Positions 18,046 through 28,261 of a DNA stretch of 39,432 nt are shown here, piece by piece. The position numbers were made by a program, and so were the translations under genes. The stretch is from a virus (taxonomy: Duplodnaviria > Caudoviricetes), in IMG/VR virus record IMGVR_UViG_3300043765_000024, positions 1 to 39,432 of that record; one strand, given 5' to 3'. The notes under the pieces are model-generated. The model was not told the origin of the DNA, searched no databases, and saw only the letters and a program-made list of their open reading frames with translations. The first letter of the stretch is position 1. Every line of letters starts with the position of its first letter.

Positions 18046-19604
18046 TGCCGCTCAGCCCGCAGATGCCACCGCCTGGTATCGTGCGCATGGCCACGCCAGA
18101 AGCCACGCCAGGCAGATGGTATGACTGCAACAACATCAGATTTAGGCAAGGCCAGGTGCAGCCGATCGGTGGCAATGCGCTGATGCCAGGCACCTCGGTG
18201 GCAGATACGCCGCGTGACCTGATCACATGGCACGATAACACATACACAAGATGGGCGGCATTCGGCACCGACCATGCTTTGTATGCATTCAACTTCTCGA
18301 CCGAGACGCTCTACACCATAACGCCGACGGGTGTCGGCCCGCTCGACCCGCCTGGCGCACTCGTCGGCTGGGGCCTCGGCACCTATGGCGCGGCTACTTA
18401 TGGAACCGCAAGAGATCCGAGCGATATCGGGCCGCAAGACATCGCCAATACCTTAGGCGATCAGTGGAGCATGGATACGTTTGGCCAGATCTTGTTGGTC
18501 GTGCCGACGCAAGACGGGCACCTTTACTCGTGGAACCCGACGACGCCGACCGTCCTGCCGGCGATCGTGGCCGGCGCGCCAACGATGAACCGAGCGGTGA
18601 AGGTGACCGACCAGAGAAGCGCAGTGCTGATCGGGGCCGGCGGCGATCCGCGCATGATCGCGTGGAGCGATGTCGAGGACTACACCGCATGGACGCCGAG
18701 CGTTACGAACCTGGCGGGCAGCAAGGAGCTGGTGACGCAGGCCTATGCGCTGAATGGGCTCAAGCTGCCGCAGGGGCTGCTCATCTTTACGTCGAATGAT
18801 TGCCATCTGATGCAATATGTCGGGCCACCGTTTGCCTATGGAATATATCAGATCGGCGCAGGCTGCGGCCCGATCTCGCTGCGAGCTGCGATAGCCATCG
18901 GCAGTTTCGCAGCGTGGCCCAGCTTGCAGGCATTCTGGAGCTACAACGGCTACACCGTCTCCCCGATGCAGTGTGATGTGCAGGATTGGTTCTACAGCAT
19001 CATCAACCGCAACATGGCCGGCAGATTGTTCGGTAGCCCGAACCCAGCCTACGCCGAATTGTGGTGGGACTGGCCCAGCGAAGATGCGCTGGATAACAAC
19101 CGCTATATCGCTGTCAACTACGTCGACCCGCAGCGACCATGGACGATCGGCATGCGCAATCGCACTTGCGGCGATGTCGCCGGCACCATGGACAGCCCGC
19201 TGCTCGGTGGCGTTCCACCTGCCGGTGGTGGCGGGATCTTCATGCATGAATACGGCTGGACCGACAATGGCGCGCCACGAGCTGCTGCCGGCCTGGTGTA
19301 TGCCGAGAGCGGCGCGATCGTGCTCGGTGAAGGCGACCGGCGCTATCACTGCACGCAGCTCGTCTTCGATGCCGCGACACTGCCGCCCGACAGCCCGGTG
19401 ATTGCCTACGATTTCACCGTGCGCGAGCAGCCTGGCGATGCCGGCTCTGAGTTCATCGCCGGCCCATACACCGAGGTGGTCAATGGTCTGATGGACATGC
19501 GCTGGTCAGGCAGGACCGCACGCATGCGCATGATGGCAACCGATGACCTGCCATGGGCTGTGGGTAAAGCCAGGCTACAGATCAAGCAGGGAGGCTTCCG
19601 CTAA
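18045..19604 (+). CDS. Tail nozzle or DNA-stabilisation protein (P22 gp10 / T7 gp12 position)
   Basis: PPGI......GRWYD.N.IRF, WS.DTFG, IAWSD.EDYT.W....N.AG; beta-propeller-like; synteny. Confidence 0.8.
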   Translation: MPLSPQMPPPGIVRMATPEATPGRWYDCNNIRFRQGQVQPIGGNALMPGTSVADTPRDLITWHDNTYTRWAAFGTDHALYAFNFSTETLYTITPTGVGPLDPPGALVGWGLGTYGAATYGTARDPSDIGPQDIANTLGDQWSMDTFGQILLVVPTQDGHLYSWNPTTPTVLPAIVAGAPTMNRAVKVTDQRSAVLIGAGGDPRMIAWSDVEDYTAWTPSVTNLAGSKELVTQAYALNGLKLPQGLLIFTSNDCHLMQYVGPPFAYGIYQIGAGCGPISLRAAIAIGSFAAWPSLQAFWSYNGYTVSPMQCDVQDWFYSIINRNMAGRLFGSPNPAYAELWWDWPSEDALDNNRYIAVNYVDPQRPWTIGMRNRTCGDVAGTMDSPLLGGVPPAGGGGIFMHEYGWTDNGAPRAAAGLVYAESGAIVLGEGDRRYHCTQLVFDAATLPPDSPVIAYDFTVREQPGDAGSEFIAGPYTEVVNGLMDMRWSGRTARMRMMATDDLPWAVGKARLQIKQGGFR

Positions 19605-19825
19605 TGCCGCGGCCTGGTGCAGCTCCAGCTCCATTCACGCCGCCGGTTGTCGGCGATGACAAGGCAGACCGGGCAATGGTCGCTGTGGCAATGGCGATCA
19701 ACCAGAAGGCTGACCGGACCACCATCCCGACATTCTCGGCGATCCATCTGATCTCACCCAATGGCGGCGTCTGGATGGTGTCAGTCAACGACGCAGGTGC
19801 CATGCACATCGAGCAGATGCCATGA
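19604..19825 (+). CDS. Small tail-module protein
   Basis: TAATG coupling; LISPNG.VW.VSV.D.G motif. Confidence 0.7.
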   Translation: MPRPGAAPAPFTPPVVGDDKADRAMVAVAMAINQKADRTTIPTFSAIHLISPNGGVWMVSVNDAGAMHIEQMP

Positions 19826-20205
19826 GCATCGGCCTGCCGCTCAGTGACGACGAGAAACGGCGACGCTTCGAGAAAGCGCTGGCCTATGCCGGCAACTCTC
19901 ACAGCGTCAACGATGTCGTCGGCATGATCAAAGACGGCAGAGCGCAGTTTTTCAGCAACGGCGACGGCAACATTGTCACTGAGCTGCACAGATATCCGAA
20001 TTTCTCCGCTGTGCATTTCTGGCTGATATCAGGTGAGCTGCGCAGCTGCCTGGCATTGGAACATGAGATATTGCCGTGGGCGATCGAAAACGGCTGCTCG
20101 ATTGCCACCGCTACTGGCAGGAGAGGCTGGGGAAGGGTCGCTGCGCCAACCGGCTGGCGCATGTGGATGCCAACCTATGTCAAAACTCTAGTGCGGAGCA
20201 GCTGA
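19822..20205 (+). CDS. GNAT-fold-like morphogenesis protein
   Basis: HFWLISG, WA.ENGC......GRRGW.RV motif; lies just before the ejection genes. Confidence 0.7.
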   Translation: MSIGLPLSDDEKRRRFEKALAYAGNSHSVNDVVGMIKDGRAQFFSNGDGNIVTELHRYPNFSAVHFWLISGELRSCLALEHEILPWAIENGCSIATATGRRGWGRVAAPTGWRMWMPTYVKTLVRSS

Positions 20206-20206
20206 C

Positions 20207-21319
20207 ATGGGCGGCAAAGGCGGTGGCGGCGGCGGCGGCGGCACTCAGCAGCAGAGCACACAAAGCGGCACCACCAGCTCGCAGACCAACCTGCCACCGT
20301 GGCTCGACGTTGCGTCCCAGCTCGCCGTCGGCCAGGCGCTCAATCTCAGCAACCAGCCGAACCTGTTTCAGCCGTATCAGGGGCAGCAGGTAGCGGATGT
20401 CGCGCCTGGCACGCAGCAGGCATACGGACAGATCCAAGATCCGAGCCAGACCGCGGCGACAACCGGCGGCGCTATGCAGGCGCTCTATGGTGCGATGTCT
20501 CCGGTGCAGGCAGCGCAGCAGGCGGCGCTGCAAGGCGGCATCAATACCGGTCAGGGACTGCTCTCGCCATACATGGGAGGACCGACCACCGCGGGCCAGG
20601 TAGCCGGCAACGCGCAGGCGATGATGTCGCCATATGCTGCCTCGGTGATCGCGCCCAGCATGCAGCTCGGGCAACAGGCCTTGGCGCAGAACTTGCAGCA
20701 AATCGGCGCGCAAGCGAACCAGGCGGGGGCGTACGGGGGCACAAGGCAGGGAGTGGCCGAGGGGGTGGCGCAAGCCCAGACGGCGCTGGGCGAAAGCAAC
20801 CTGATGGGCAACCTGCTCAACACCGGGTGGAACCAGGCGCTGTGGCCGGCGTCCCAGGTGGGTCTACAAGCAGGCCAGCAGGGCTATGGCGCTGCAGGGC
20901 TGCTCGGTGGCGAAGCCTATGGCGCAGGCGGCACTATGGCGCAGGCGATGCAGGGGCAGCTCGGCAATGCACTCAGCGCCGTCGCGCCATACCAGCAGCA
21001 ATACATCGGCAATCTTTCGGCCATGGGCCAGCAGCAGCAACAACAACAACAAGCGCAGCTCAACGCGCAAATGGCGAATTATTACGGCACGCAGCAAATG
21101 CCGGTGCAAAATTTGGATCTGCTGCTCTCGGCGATCGGCGCTGTGCCCTACGGCACCAGCTCCACCGGCACGACGAATATGCAGACCTACGGTCAAGGCA
21201 TTCAAAACCTGGCCTCTGGGAATGTTGCTGGCGGCATCATCGGTGGGGCGTCGGCAGCCGGGGGCTTGCTTAGCGGTGTCGCGAACATTTGGCCCAAGAT
21301 CTCGAGCTTATTCGCATGA
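20207..21319 (+). CDS. Putative DNA ejection or internal virion protein
   Basis: MGGKGGG...LPPW start, Q/G/A-rich, MSPY and AGAYGG.RQGV motifs. Confidence 0.8.
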   Translation: MGGKGGGGGGGGTQQQSTQSGTTSSQTNLPPWLDVASQLAVGQALNLSNQPNLFQPYQGQQVADVAPGTQQAYGQIQDPSQTAATTGGAMQALYGAMSPVQAAQQAALQGGINTGQGLLSPYMGGPTTAGQVAGNAQAMMSPYAASVIAPSMQLGQQALAQNLQQIGAQANQAGAYGGTRQGVAEGVAQAQTALGESNLMGNLLNTGWNQALWPASQVGLQAGQQGYGAAGLLGGEAYGAGGTMAQAMQGQLGNALSAVAPYQQQYIGNLSAMGQQQQQQQQAQLNAQMANYYGTQQMPVQNLDLLLSAIGAVPYGTSSTGTTNMQTYGQGIQNLASGNVAGGIIGGASAAGGLLSGVANIWPKISSLFA

Positions 21320-22263
21320 GTGTCGGCGGACAACAGGTGCAGCAGCTCACGCCGCAGCAGCAGTCGGACGGCAGCACTGATCTGTCGCAGGACCCAACCT
21401 ATCGATCGCAGCCAGACAACACATATCATGCGACCAGCCTCACCGATCCGAATATGTCGATTGAAGATTGGGCGCGACTGACTGCTGGTCGCGACCCGCT
21501 CAACCAGGCTGGTGTGCCGTCAACCCAATGGGGGCCAGAGGGTATCGCGCCGCCGCCAGGCTCGGCGGCTGCCTACGACTATTGGAAACGCCTGGAATAT
21601 GGCAACAGCTCGGGCGAGATTGCGCCCGAATTTCAGAACGCCGCACCAATGGACCCATCACAATGGTCCGATATGTATGAACGTATGACCCGCAACGTAT
21701 CTAGTTACGGAGGCGGAATGCAAGTTCCGGTGGGCGTCACCGGGAGCCAATTTAATCCGAGCAGGGGCAATCCGAATTTCACCATCAACCAATCCGGCTA
21801 TGGTGTGCTGACGCCGCAGGGGCAGAGCAACCTCAACCAGTATGCGATGCAGCAGCTGCAGGGGATCTATAGCAACGCCGCAAAAAACCGCTCGGGCTTG
21901 TCAGGCTTTCTCGGCACTCCACTCGGCGGCTTGAGCATGTTGGGGCTACCGCTTGCGGTTGGCGGTGGGGTGGGATTGCTCGGTGGTGCTGCCGGCGCTC
22001 TGGGTGCCGGCGATGTCGCGGCTGGCGTGCCTGCCTACATGGGCACCGTCGAGGATATGGCGGCAGCTCCTGCTGCAGCTGCAGCTGCACCTGCCGCGGC
22101 AGCAGCGACCACGCCGAGCTGGCTGAGCTCGGTGGGAAGCTTTCTTAGCAACCCGTGGTCAGCGATGGGGCTCCCGAGCTGGGTGAACCCAACAATGCAA
22201 GGCATCGGCCTGCTGAACACGGCGCAGCAGATGATGTTCCCGCCACAGCAGGGACAGGGTTAG
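21316..22263 (+). CDS. Putative internal virion protein
   Basis: ATGA coupling; Gly-rich hydrophobic stretch; synteny. Confidence 0.7.
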   Translation: MSVGGQQVQQLTPQQQSDGSTDLSQDPTYRSQPDNTYHATSLTDPNMSIEDWARLTAGRDPLNQAGVPSTQWGPEGIAPPPGSAAAYDYWKRLEYGNSSGEIAPEFQNAAPMDPSQWSDMYERMTRNVSSYGGGMQVPVGVTGSQFNPSRGNPNFTINQSGYGVLTPQGQSNLNQYAMQQLQGIYSNAAKNRSGLSGFLGTPLGGLSMLGLPLAVGGGVGLLGGAAGALGAGDVAAGVPAYMGTVEDMAAAPAAAAAAPAAAAATTPSWLSSVGSFLSNPWSAMGLPSWVNPTMQGIGLLNTAQQMMFPPQQGQG

Positions 22264-22264
22264 C

Positions 22265-22795
22265 ATGTCGAACGGCGACGATAGCTGGGATATCCCGTCC
22301 TCGACCGGATACAGCGGCGGCTATGTGCCTGCAGATCCTAACGCTGTCGTTGGCAGCCAGGGTTTCTACTCCGGGCTCGGCACTGGGCCGGGACAATTCA
22401 ATCCCGAAACCGCGCCAGGCTGGGGCATGGGACCGGACCCTGCGTTCGGTGGCCCGCAGCCGATCGACGCCGGCACCTGGGACACCGGCAGCTCGGGCAG
22501 CTTTATGAGCCGGCTTGGCGCACTCGGTGGCGCTATTACCGATCTGACCAAAGGGCTCGGCGGCACCGGAGCTGCAGGTCAGACCGCAGCTCGTCCGATG
22601 CAGCTGAACATGGGGAGCCCGATGCCGCCTGGCAGTGCCGGGATCGGACGCCCGAGCTCGCCGCAGCAGCTCGCCATGCTGCTGCAGATGCTGATGCAGA
22701 GACGCAACGCCTATATCGCTGCCGCCAACCCACGAGCTGCGACGCCAGTCACGCAGGGCATGCCGAGCGGCTCGGGTGGCTTGTTGGGGTTATGA
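22265..22795 (+). CDS. Putative internal virion protein
   Basis: Gly/Pro-rich; ends GGLLGL; synteny. Confidence 0.7.
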   Translation: MSNGDDSWDIPSSTGYSGGYVPADPNAVVGSQGFYSGLGTGPGQFNPETAPGWGMGPDPAFGGPQPIDAGTWDTGSSGSFMSRLGALGGAITDLTKGLGGTGAAGQTAARPMQLNMGSPMPPGSAGIGRPSSPQQLAMLLQMLMQRRNAYIAAANPRAATPVTQGMPSGSGGLLGL

Positions 22796-22798
22796 CCG

Positions 22799-25300
22799 AT
22801 GCCTGACGACACCACACAGCCGGCGGCACCCGATTACAATCAGGCGGTCACGACGCTGCTGAGCCAGATCAGCCAAGATCCCATGGCGTCTTATCAGCAA
22901 TACATGGGTCAGCAGCAGGGACCACCGGTCAGCCGCAGCATTACCTCGCTGCTCGGCGAGGCGCTCGCTGGTGGAGCTGGACCAGGCCTCACCGATGCCC
23001 AAGCGGAGATGGCTGGCTCGCGCGCCTTGCTGAATTTCGGCATCAACATGTTGGCGGCCTCGGGGCCGAGCTACATGCGGAAAAGCTTTGGCCAGGTCAT
23101 GGCCGCGGGCTTGGGCGGCGCTCAGGAAGGTGAGATCTCCTACGAGAACCAGATTGCCGCCTGGCAGCAGCAGCAAATGAAAAATGCGATGGAGCTGCAG
23201 CAAATGAGATTGGGCGCGCTGAAGGAAGCGATCCCATTGCTGCAGCTGCAGGCGCTGCACAGCGTGCCGTCATCGCTCGCTGGTGGTGCGCCAGCTGGGC
23301 CAGGCGGCGACTACGCCTCGGCGATTGCCGCGAAGGAAGGCTTGGGCAAGAACCCGAATAGCTCGGCCTTTGGCGTCGGGCAGTTCCTCGGCAGCCTCGA
23401 CAAAAACGGCCAGCTCACCGGCACATGGGGTGACTTCGCGAAGGCGAACCCGTCGCTATTCCCCAACATGACGCCGCAGCAGATCCTCGATGCGCGCAGT
23501 GATCCAAAGATCGGCAACGCCGCCATCAATTGGCTCGCCAATCAGAACGCCGGCCAGCTCACATCCAGCGGCATCCCGGTGAGCGGGCAATCGCTCGGCA
23601 TGAGCCACTATGTCGGGCCAGGCGCTGTGGCGAAGATGTGGGCTGCACCGGACAGCGACCCGGTCAGCAAGTATGTCAGCGCTGATGCGCTCGCTGCCAA
23701 TGCTGAGCTGCGCAACATGACGGTGGGGCAGCTCAAAGGACGCTACGCGACCATGCCGACACCGTCATTCGGAACCGCCGCTGCAACGCCCGCAGGAGCT
23801 CCTGCAGCGGCTGCTGTGAAGCCGGCTATGCAGGTGGGCGGGATACCGCCAGCGCCGCCTGGCGGGCCTGCTGGTGCCGTGACGGGGCCATTAAAAGGCT
23901 TTGGCCAGGCCATCGCCGGCCCGCCTATTACCACCTCGCCGACGCTGCGCGGACCTGGCACGCCGGTTGTCGGCACCAAGGTGGGCGGGGATGTCGGCGC
24001 GATCGCAGGCGGCATGCAAACGGCGATGGCAACGCCGGTTGTGCCAGGCACTGGATTGGAGGCTGGGCCATCGTCGGCAGTGGCGACGCTCGCACAGCCG
24101 CAGCCGTTCGGTTCACAGCCTGCCACGAGCTACAGCTTTGGACCTGGCGGGACGATGGCGACGCAGCCACCGCAGCCAGCGCCGATCACCCAGCCGGTGG
24201 TGCCGACAGCGCCGAGCTCGCCGCCAGCGACATTCACCTACGACTACCCGGCGCTGCCACCGGCAATCCAGGCGCAGGTGGACAGGGCGATGCAGCTCAC
24301 ACCGCAAGAGCAGGCGAATGCCGCAATCACGCGCCGGTCATACGAGACGGCGATTGCCGCGGCGATGACGCCGCAGGACCGGGCCAAGGCCGAGGCTGAC
24401 CTGCAGACCGCATTGACCAAGGAAAACGAAAATATCAGGCAGCACCAGGAGAACGCCAACAAGATCCAGACCGATTTTTACACCCAGGACCGGGCGAACA
24501 AATTCAACGAGTGGTCGAAGGCGCACGAGATTGCGCTGTCGACCCAAGCCGACATCCAGAAGAACACGCAGGCGCAGGTGCTGAAGATCTCCACCGACCA
24601 GCTCGGCGACATGCAGAAGCAGGCCGGTGTGGCGCAGAACGTGATGAACATCCTGAACGAGATCGGCCCGACGCTGTCTAATCAGCCGGATGGTCTGGCG
24701 GGTGCGATCCTGCACTCCTATCCAGAGGCGCTGCCCTACATCAGGCTAGCCGGCTACGATCCCGACAAGGTTTCCAATGCCCAGGCGCTGCAGGCGTTGT
24801 CGGGCTTTGCCTCGCTGTCGATGCGGCCACCGCAATCGGGTGCATTCCGCGAGCTCGAGATCAACAACCTGCAGGGCTCGCTGCCCAACCTGCTGCAGGA
24901 CGCGCGCGGGCGGCAGGAAGCGCTCGCCAGGCTCAAGAGCATCTACCAGCGCACCATCGACGAATACACGTTTGCGCAGAACCACATGCTGCGACCGGAC
25001 GCCAACGGCAACCCGACCATGAACCTCAACAACCTCTACCCGGCGATGCAGCAGCCGATGCAGATCGATCCGGCTACCGGCGCACGTACGGGTGGAGGCC
25101 TCGGGCATGTCATCGCCGAGCCGCCGCCGATGTCAGCCTCGGACGCCGACTACCAGACCTATAAGAAATATGTGCAGAACAACCTGCGCGCCGGCATGCC
25201 CTACTACGACTGGCGCAAGCGCACCGATCCGACCACCAACCAGACTGTGCTCGGCCAGGACGGCAGGCCGATCTACGACATGAAACTGTTTGTGAAATGA
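22799..25300 (+). CDS. Ejection protein with a lysozyme-like / lytic transglycosylase domain
   Basis: IAAKEG..KNPNSSA.G.GQFL...TW and SHYVGPG motifs at ~23300-23760; C-terminal coiled coil. Confidence 0.8.
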   Translation: MPDDTTQPAAPDYNQAVTTLLSQISQDPMASYQQYMGQQQGPPVSRSITSLLGEALAGGAGPGLTDAQAEMAGSRALLNFGINMLAASGPSYMRKSFGQVMAAGLGGAQEGEISYENQIAAWQQQQMKNAMELQQMRLGALKEAIPLLQLQALHSVPSSLAGGAPAGPGGDYASAIAAKEGLGKNPNSSAFGVGQFLGSLDKNGQLTGTWGDFAKANPSLFPNMTPQQILDARSDPKIGNAAINWLANQNAGQLTSSGIPVSGQSLGMSHYVGPGAVAKMWAAPDSDPVSKYVSADALAANAELRNMTVGQLKGRYATMPTPSFGTAAATPAGAPAAAAVKPAMQVGGIPPAPPGGPAGAVTGPLKGFGQAIAGPPITTSPTLRGPGTPVVGTKVGGDVGAIAGGMQTAMATPVVPGTGLEAGPSSAVATLAQPQPFGSQPATSYSFGPGGTMATQPPQPAPITQPVVPTAPSSPPATFTYDYPALPPAIQAQVDRAMQLTPQEQANAAITRRSYETAIAAAMTPQDRAKAEADLQTALTKENENIRQHQENANKIQTDFYTQDRANKFNEWSKAHEIALSTQADIQKNTQAQVLKISTDQLGDMQKQAGVAQNVMNILNEIGPTLSNQPDGLAGAILHSYPEALPYIRLAGYDPDKVSNAQALQALSGFASLSMRPPQSGAFRELEINNLQGSLPNLLQDARGRQEALARLKSIYQRTIDEYTFAQNHMLRPDANGNPTMNLNNLYPAMQQPMQIDPATGARTGGGLGHVIAEPPPMSASDADYQTYKKYVQNNLRAGMPYYDWRKRTDPTTNQTVLGQDGRPIYDMKLFVK

Positions 25301-25301
25301 C

Positions 25302-27656
25302 ATGGGCATCTCACCGGACCTGATCCAGCAGGACGACACGCAGATCCCGAGCTCGGGCACCGTGACCCATAGCGGCATTGGCTCGACCATCACGGTGGCA
25401 CCGCCGGCAGCACCAGCTGCAGCTCCACCACCAGCTCAGCCGCCATCGATCTGGGAGAACGCACTCACGGTTAATCCGATGGGCATTGAAGGCCCGTCGC
25501 CTGCGGATGTGCAGACGGCGAAGGGAGTGATCACGGGTGATCCCTCGGTGGCTAATCCCGACATCGGCTCCTTGCGCACGCGCGGGCTCGGCCTATCGCC
25601 GTTCGATCCGAAGAGCTGGGGCATCGAGGCCGAGGCGATGCTCAACCGCGACCCGATCGCGATGCGCAACGTGATCAAGCAGCGGGTGCCGGATGCTCAG
25701 TTCAGCTACGACAAGACCGACAGCGAAGGGAAGCCTACCTCGGACAGCAACCTGATGGTCCAGGTGCCTGGCAACCCGCCGATGTATGTCGATCGGCCAG
25801 GCCTCAATCCGCAGAAGGCGCTCTACTACACCACGCAGGCGCTGCCGTGGCTGCTCAACGCGCCGAGCACGATACTGCGCCAGGCTGGGCTTGGTGGCGT
25901 GCAGCATGCTCTCTCACAGCTCGGTTCCTGGGCTCTGGGAGGCGCACAGAGCCCGGTCGATCTGCCAGGCACTGCCCTAGCGGCAGCGCTCCCGGCAGGC
26001 ATAGGCGCTGCTGGTAGCCTCGGCATGACGGCACTTGATTATGCGCTGAGTGCGCCAGGCCGAGCTGCGACCGACATCGCCGAGCGGGCCAAGAGTTTAT
26101 TCCGCTGGGGCTTCCAGCCGAAGGCCGGCGACATCACCGGCAACGCGCGACAGCTGCAGGAGGAAAACGCTGTGGCGCAAGGCGGCTCGGCTGCCTCGCA
26201 GCAGATGATGCAGGATTTCCACAACACCAATTTCCAGCAGAACCAGACCAATAAACTGCAGCTCACCGGCAACATCTCGGGCGACATCCAGCCTGGCGGA
26301 TCGGTGGCGAATTACAGCCCGTCGGAAAGCGGTTTCGGCGACACGCTGAACACGGCAGTGCGCGACAAGGCAGCAGCTCTGGACAGTGCCGAGAGTGCCG
26401 CCTGGGGCAAGCTGCGACCGCTCTCGCCCGACACCGCCTCGGGCCGCTCGGTGGTCTTTTCGCCGGATGCCTCCACCGACGTGATGAGCCGCACCGCCAA
26501 CCTGATCCGCGAGCGCTACGGCAGCCCGCAAGGACCGAACGGCACCTACACGCCAGAGCAGCTCGGCGACGGTGGGCAGCAGCTGATGTCGCTGTGGCAG
26601 CGCATGCAATCGACGATGCGCGACAGCGACGGCAACCTGCAGAGCTGGAACCTCGGCCACTACCAGGACATGCGCCAGGGGCTGCAGAACATCATCAACG
26701 ACAGCTATGCCTCGGGAGCTCGCACCACGGGTGGAGCTGCCACGGCGATGAAAAGTATCCTTGACGATGTCGCCGGCAAGGCCGACGCCAACGGCTGGCT
26801 GAGCGGCGATCCGCAGGGGCTGGCTGACTTCCGAGCTGCTAACGCGGCGAGCCGCGCCAACTACGCATTCCGCAATCCGAACACCAACCCGTCCGCAGCT
26901 CGCTACATCGACCGGGTGCTGAACGCGCCAGGCTATTCGGGGCAGCAATCCATCAACGACGTATTCGGTGGCAGCGGCAGCGTAGTCGGTGGTGGTGGCG
27001 GCACCAACCAGATTGTCAGTCACCTGGTGTCGCAGCTCGGCAACGATGCTGCCGATCCGCTGCGCGGCGCGCTGGTGATGCGCCCGCTCTACTCGGGCCG
27101 CGGCACGCCCGACGTGACGCCGCCCACCGGCAAGCCGAGCTGGGACTACACCACGACGGCGAACGCCATCCGCAACCAGGTGACACCCGGCAGCACGGGA
27201 AGCGACGTTGCCGACATGCTGCTGCCGCCGGATGCGCGGACCTCGCTGCTGAGCTACGCGCATGCGCTCGATGTGCTGGGGAGCTCCACCCGCCCGGTGG
27301 GGCCGACGCTCAATCCATCCGGCACCGCGGCGCTGCAGAATGTCATCAAGCGCTTTGCGCCCGACATTCCCGGTGTCGGCCCGCTCGCCACCAACGTCAT
27401 GGCGACGAGTGCCGCGAACCGCTCGCTGCAGCAGGGCATCGACATCACCAAGCGAGCTGTCGCTGGTGCCACCACGCCGCGCGATCTCAACGTCACGCTG
27501 CCGCGGACGCAGTCGCCGATCCTGCAAGATCCGCGGTTCATGTTCCACGACTGGAAAGGCCCAGCCTGGCGAGCTGGAGCCCCAGCCTATGGCGTCGGCG
27601 GGCTGTTCGGCTCAGCGCCGCTGCAGCAACCCACCCAGCCGTGGCAGCCAGGGTGA
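25302..27656 (+). CDS. Large ejection / DNA-transfer protein
   Basis: Last large late gene; helical A/G/Q-rich; NPSGTA near the C-terminus. Confidence 0.75.
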   Translation: MGISPDLIQQDDTQIPSSGTVTHSGIGSTITVAPPAAPAAAPPPAQPPSIWENALTVNPMGIEGPSPADVQTAKGVITGDPSVANPDIGSLRTRGLGLSPFDPKSWGIEAEAMLNRDPIAMRNVIKQRVPDAQFSYDKTDSEGKPTSDSNLMVQVPGNPPMYVDRPGLNPQKALYYTTQALPWLLNAPSTILRQAGLGGVQHALSQLGSWALGGAQSPVDLPGTALAAALPAGIGAAGSLGMTALDYALSAPGRAATDIAERAKSLFRWGFQPKAGDITGNARQLQEENAVAQGGSAASQQMMQDFHNTNFQQNQTNKLQLTGNISGDIQPGGSVANYSPSESGFGDTLNTAVRDKAAALDSAESAAWGKLRPLSPDTASGRSVVFSPDASTDVMSRTANLIRERYGSPQGPNGTYTPEQLGDGGQQLMSLWQRMQSTMRDSDGNLQSWNLGHYQDMRQGLQNIINDSYASGARTTGGAATAMKSILDDVAGKADANGWLSGDPQGLADFRAANAASRANYAFRNPNTNPSAARYIDRVLNAPGYSGQQSINDVFGGSGSVVGGGGGTNQIVSHLVSQLGNDAADPLRGALVMRPLYSGRGTPDVTPPTGKPSWDYTTTANAIRNQVTPGSTGSDVADMLLPPDARTSLLSYAHALDVLGSSTRPVGPTLNPSGTAALQNVIKRFAPDIPGVGPLATNVMATSAANRSLQQGIDITKRAVAGATTPRDLNVTLPRTQSPILQDPRFMFHDWKGPAWRAGAPAYGVGGLFGSAPLQQPTQPWQPG

Positions 27657-27910
27657 AAGTTACTCAGATCGCGACCGGTAGCCGCGGCCATGGTCACGCT
27701 CTGTATGCGCTGTGTGACGACGGCAGCATATGGGAGCGTTGCATGGTGAATTCGTGGGGCAGGAATGACGCTGAGCGCTATCGCTGGAAGCGGATCGAGC
27801 TGCCAGGGATCAGGGCGCAGCGCACCAGCTCAGTGACCGAAGGCCTGCAGCAGCAGCACGAATGCACCGATCAGGACTGCCAGGCCGAGCAGCGGGAAGC
27901 CGGTGCGTAG
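27653..27910 (+). CDS. Small hypothetical protein
   Basis: GTGA coupling; LYALCDDGSIW motif typical of small phage proteins. Confidence 0.6.
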   Translation: MKVTQIATGSRGHGHALYALCDDGSIWERCMVNSWGRNDAERYRWKRIELPGIRAQRTSSVTEGLQQQHECTDQDCQAEQREAGA

Positions 27911-27973
27911 GAGGCTGACCAGCAGCGCCAGGCCGATGACGGCAATAAACCCGAGCAGAATAATGGCTATCAT
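27830..27973 (-). CDS. 47-aa two-transmembrane micro-protein (not in the ORF track)
   Basis: Hand translation: MIAIILLGFIAVIGLALLVSLLRTGFPLLGLAVLIGAFVLLLQAFGH. Confidence 0.65.
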   Translation of the reverse strand: MIAIILLGFIAVIGLALLVSLLRTGFPLLGLAVLIGAFVLLLQAFGH

Positions 27974-28025
27974 CAATCAGTTCCGCGTTGAGTGACCCGA
28001 GCGGGCTGCTGGGGTGCATTGAAGG

Positions 28026-28208
28026 TCATATGTCAGGCTCCAGCGCTCGGCGGGCGCGTTCCACCTCGGCCAGCGCCTTGCTGTAGCCGCCGCGCACTTG
28101 GTCGATCAGCCGGCGCAGGTACTCGCCAGGGCTGATGCCGAGCGCCTTGGCCTGGCCAGTGAGCCACTCTTTCTGCTGTGGCGTGGCTTGAAAAGCTATG
28201 CGTTCCAT
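28026..28208 (-). CDS. Ribbon-helix-helix (CopG-like) DNA-binding protein
   Basis: MERIAFQATPQQKEWL...AKALGISPGEYLRRLID fits the RHH pattern. Confidence 0.75.
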   Translation of the reverse strand: MERIAFQATPQQKEWLTGQAKALGISPGEYLRRLIDQVRGGYSKALAEVERARRALEPDI

Positions 28209-28213
28209 GGGCC

Positions 28214-28255
28214 ATATATGTGCCGTTGACGGCACACCGTCAACGCGCCTAGGCT
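28214..28255. promoter_or_regulatory. Overlapping divergent promoters with an inverted-repeat operator
   Basis: CGTTGACGG-CACA-CCGTCAACG (28224..28245) provides a TTGACG -35 on both strands; -10 candidates CATATA (-) and TAGGCT (+). Confidence 0.55.
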
Positions 28256-28261
28256 GCCGGC

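Noticed and set aside
20209-20241. GGC repeat as a phase-variable tract
   Set aside because: In-frame poly-Gly, common at the N-terminus of such ejection proteins
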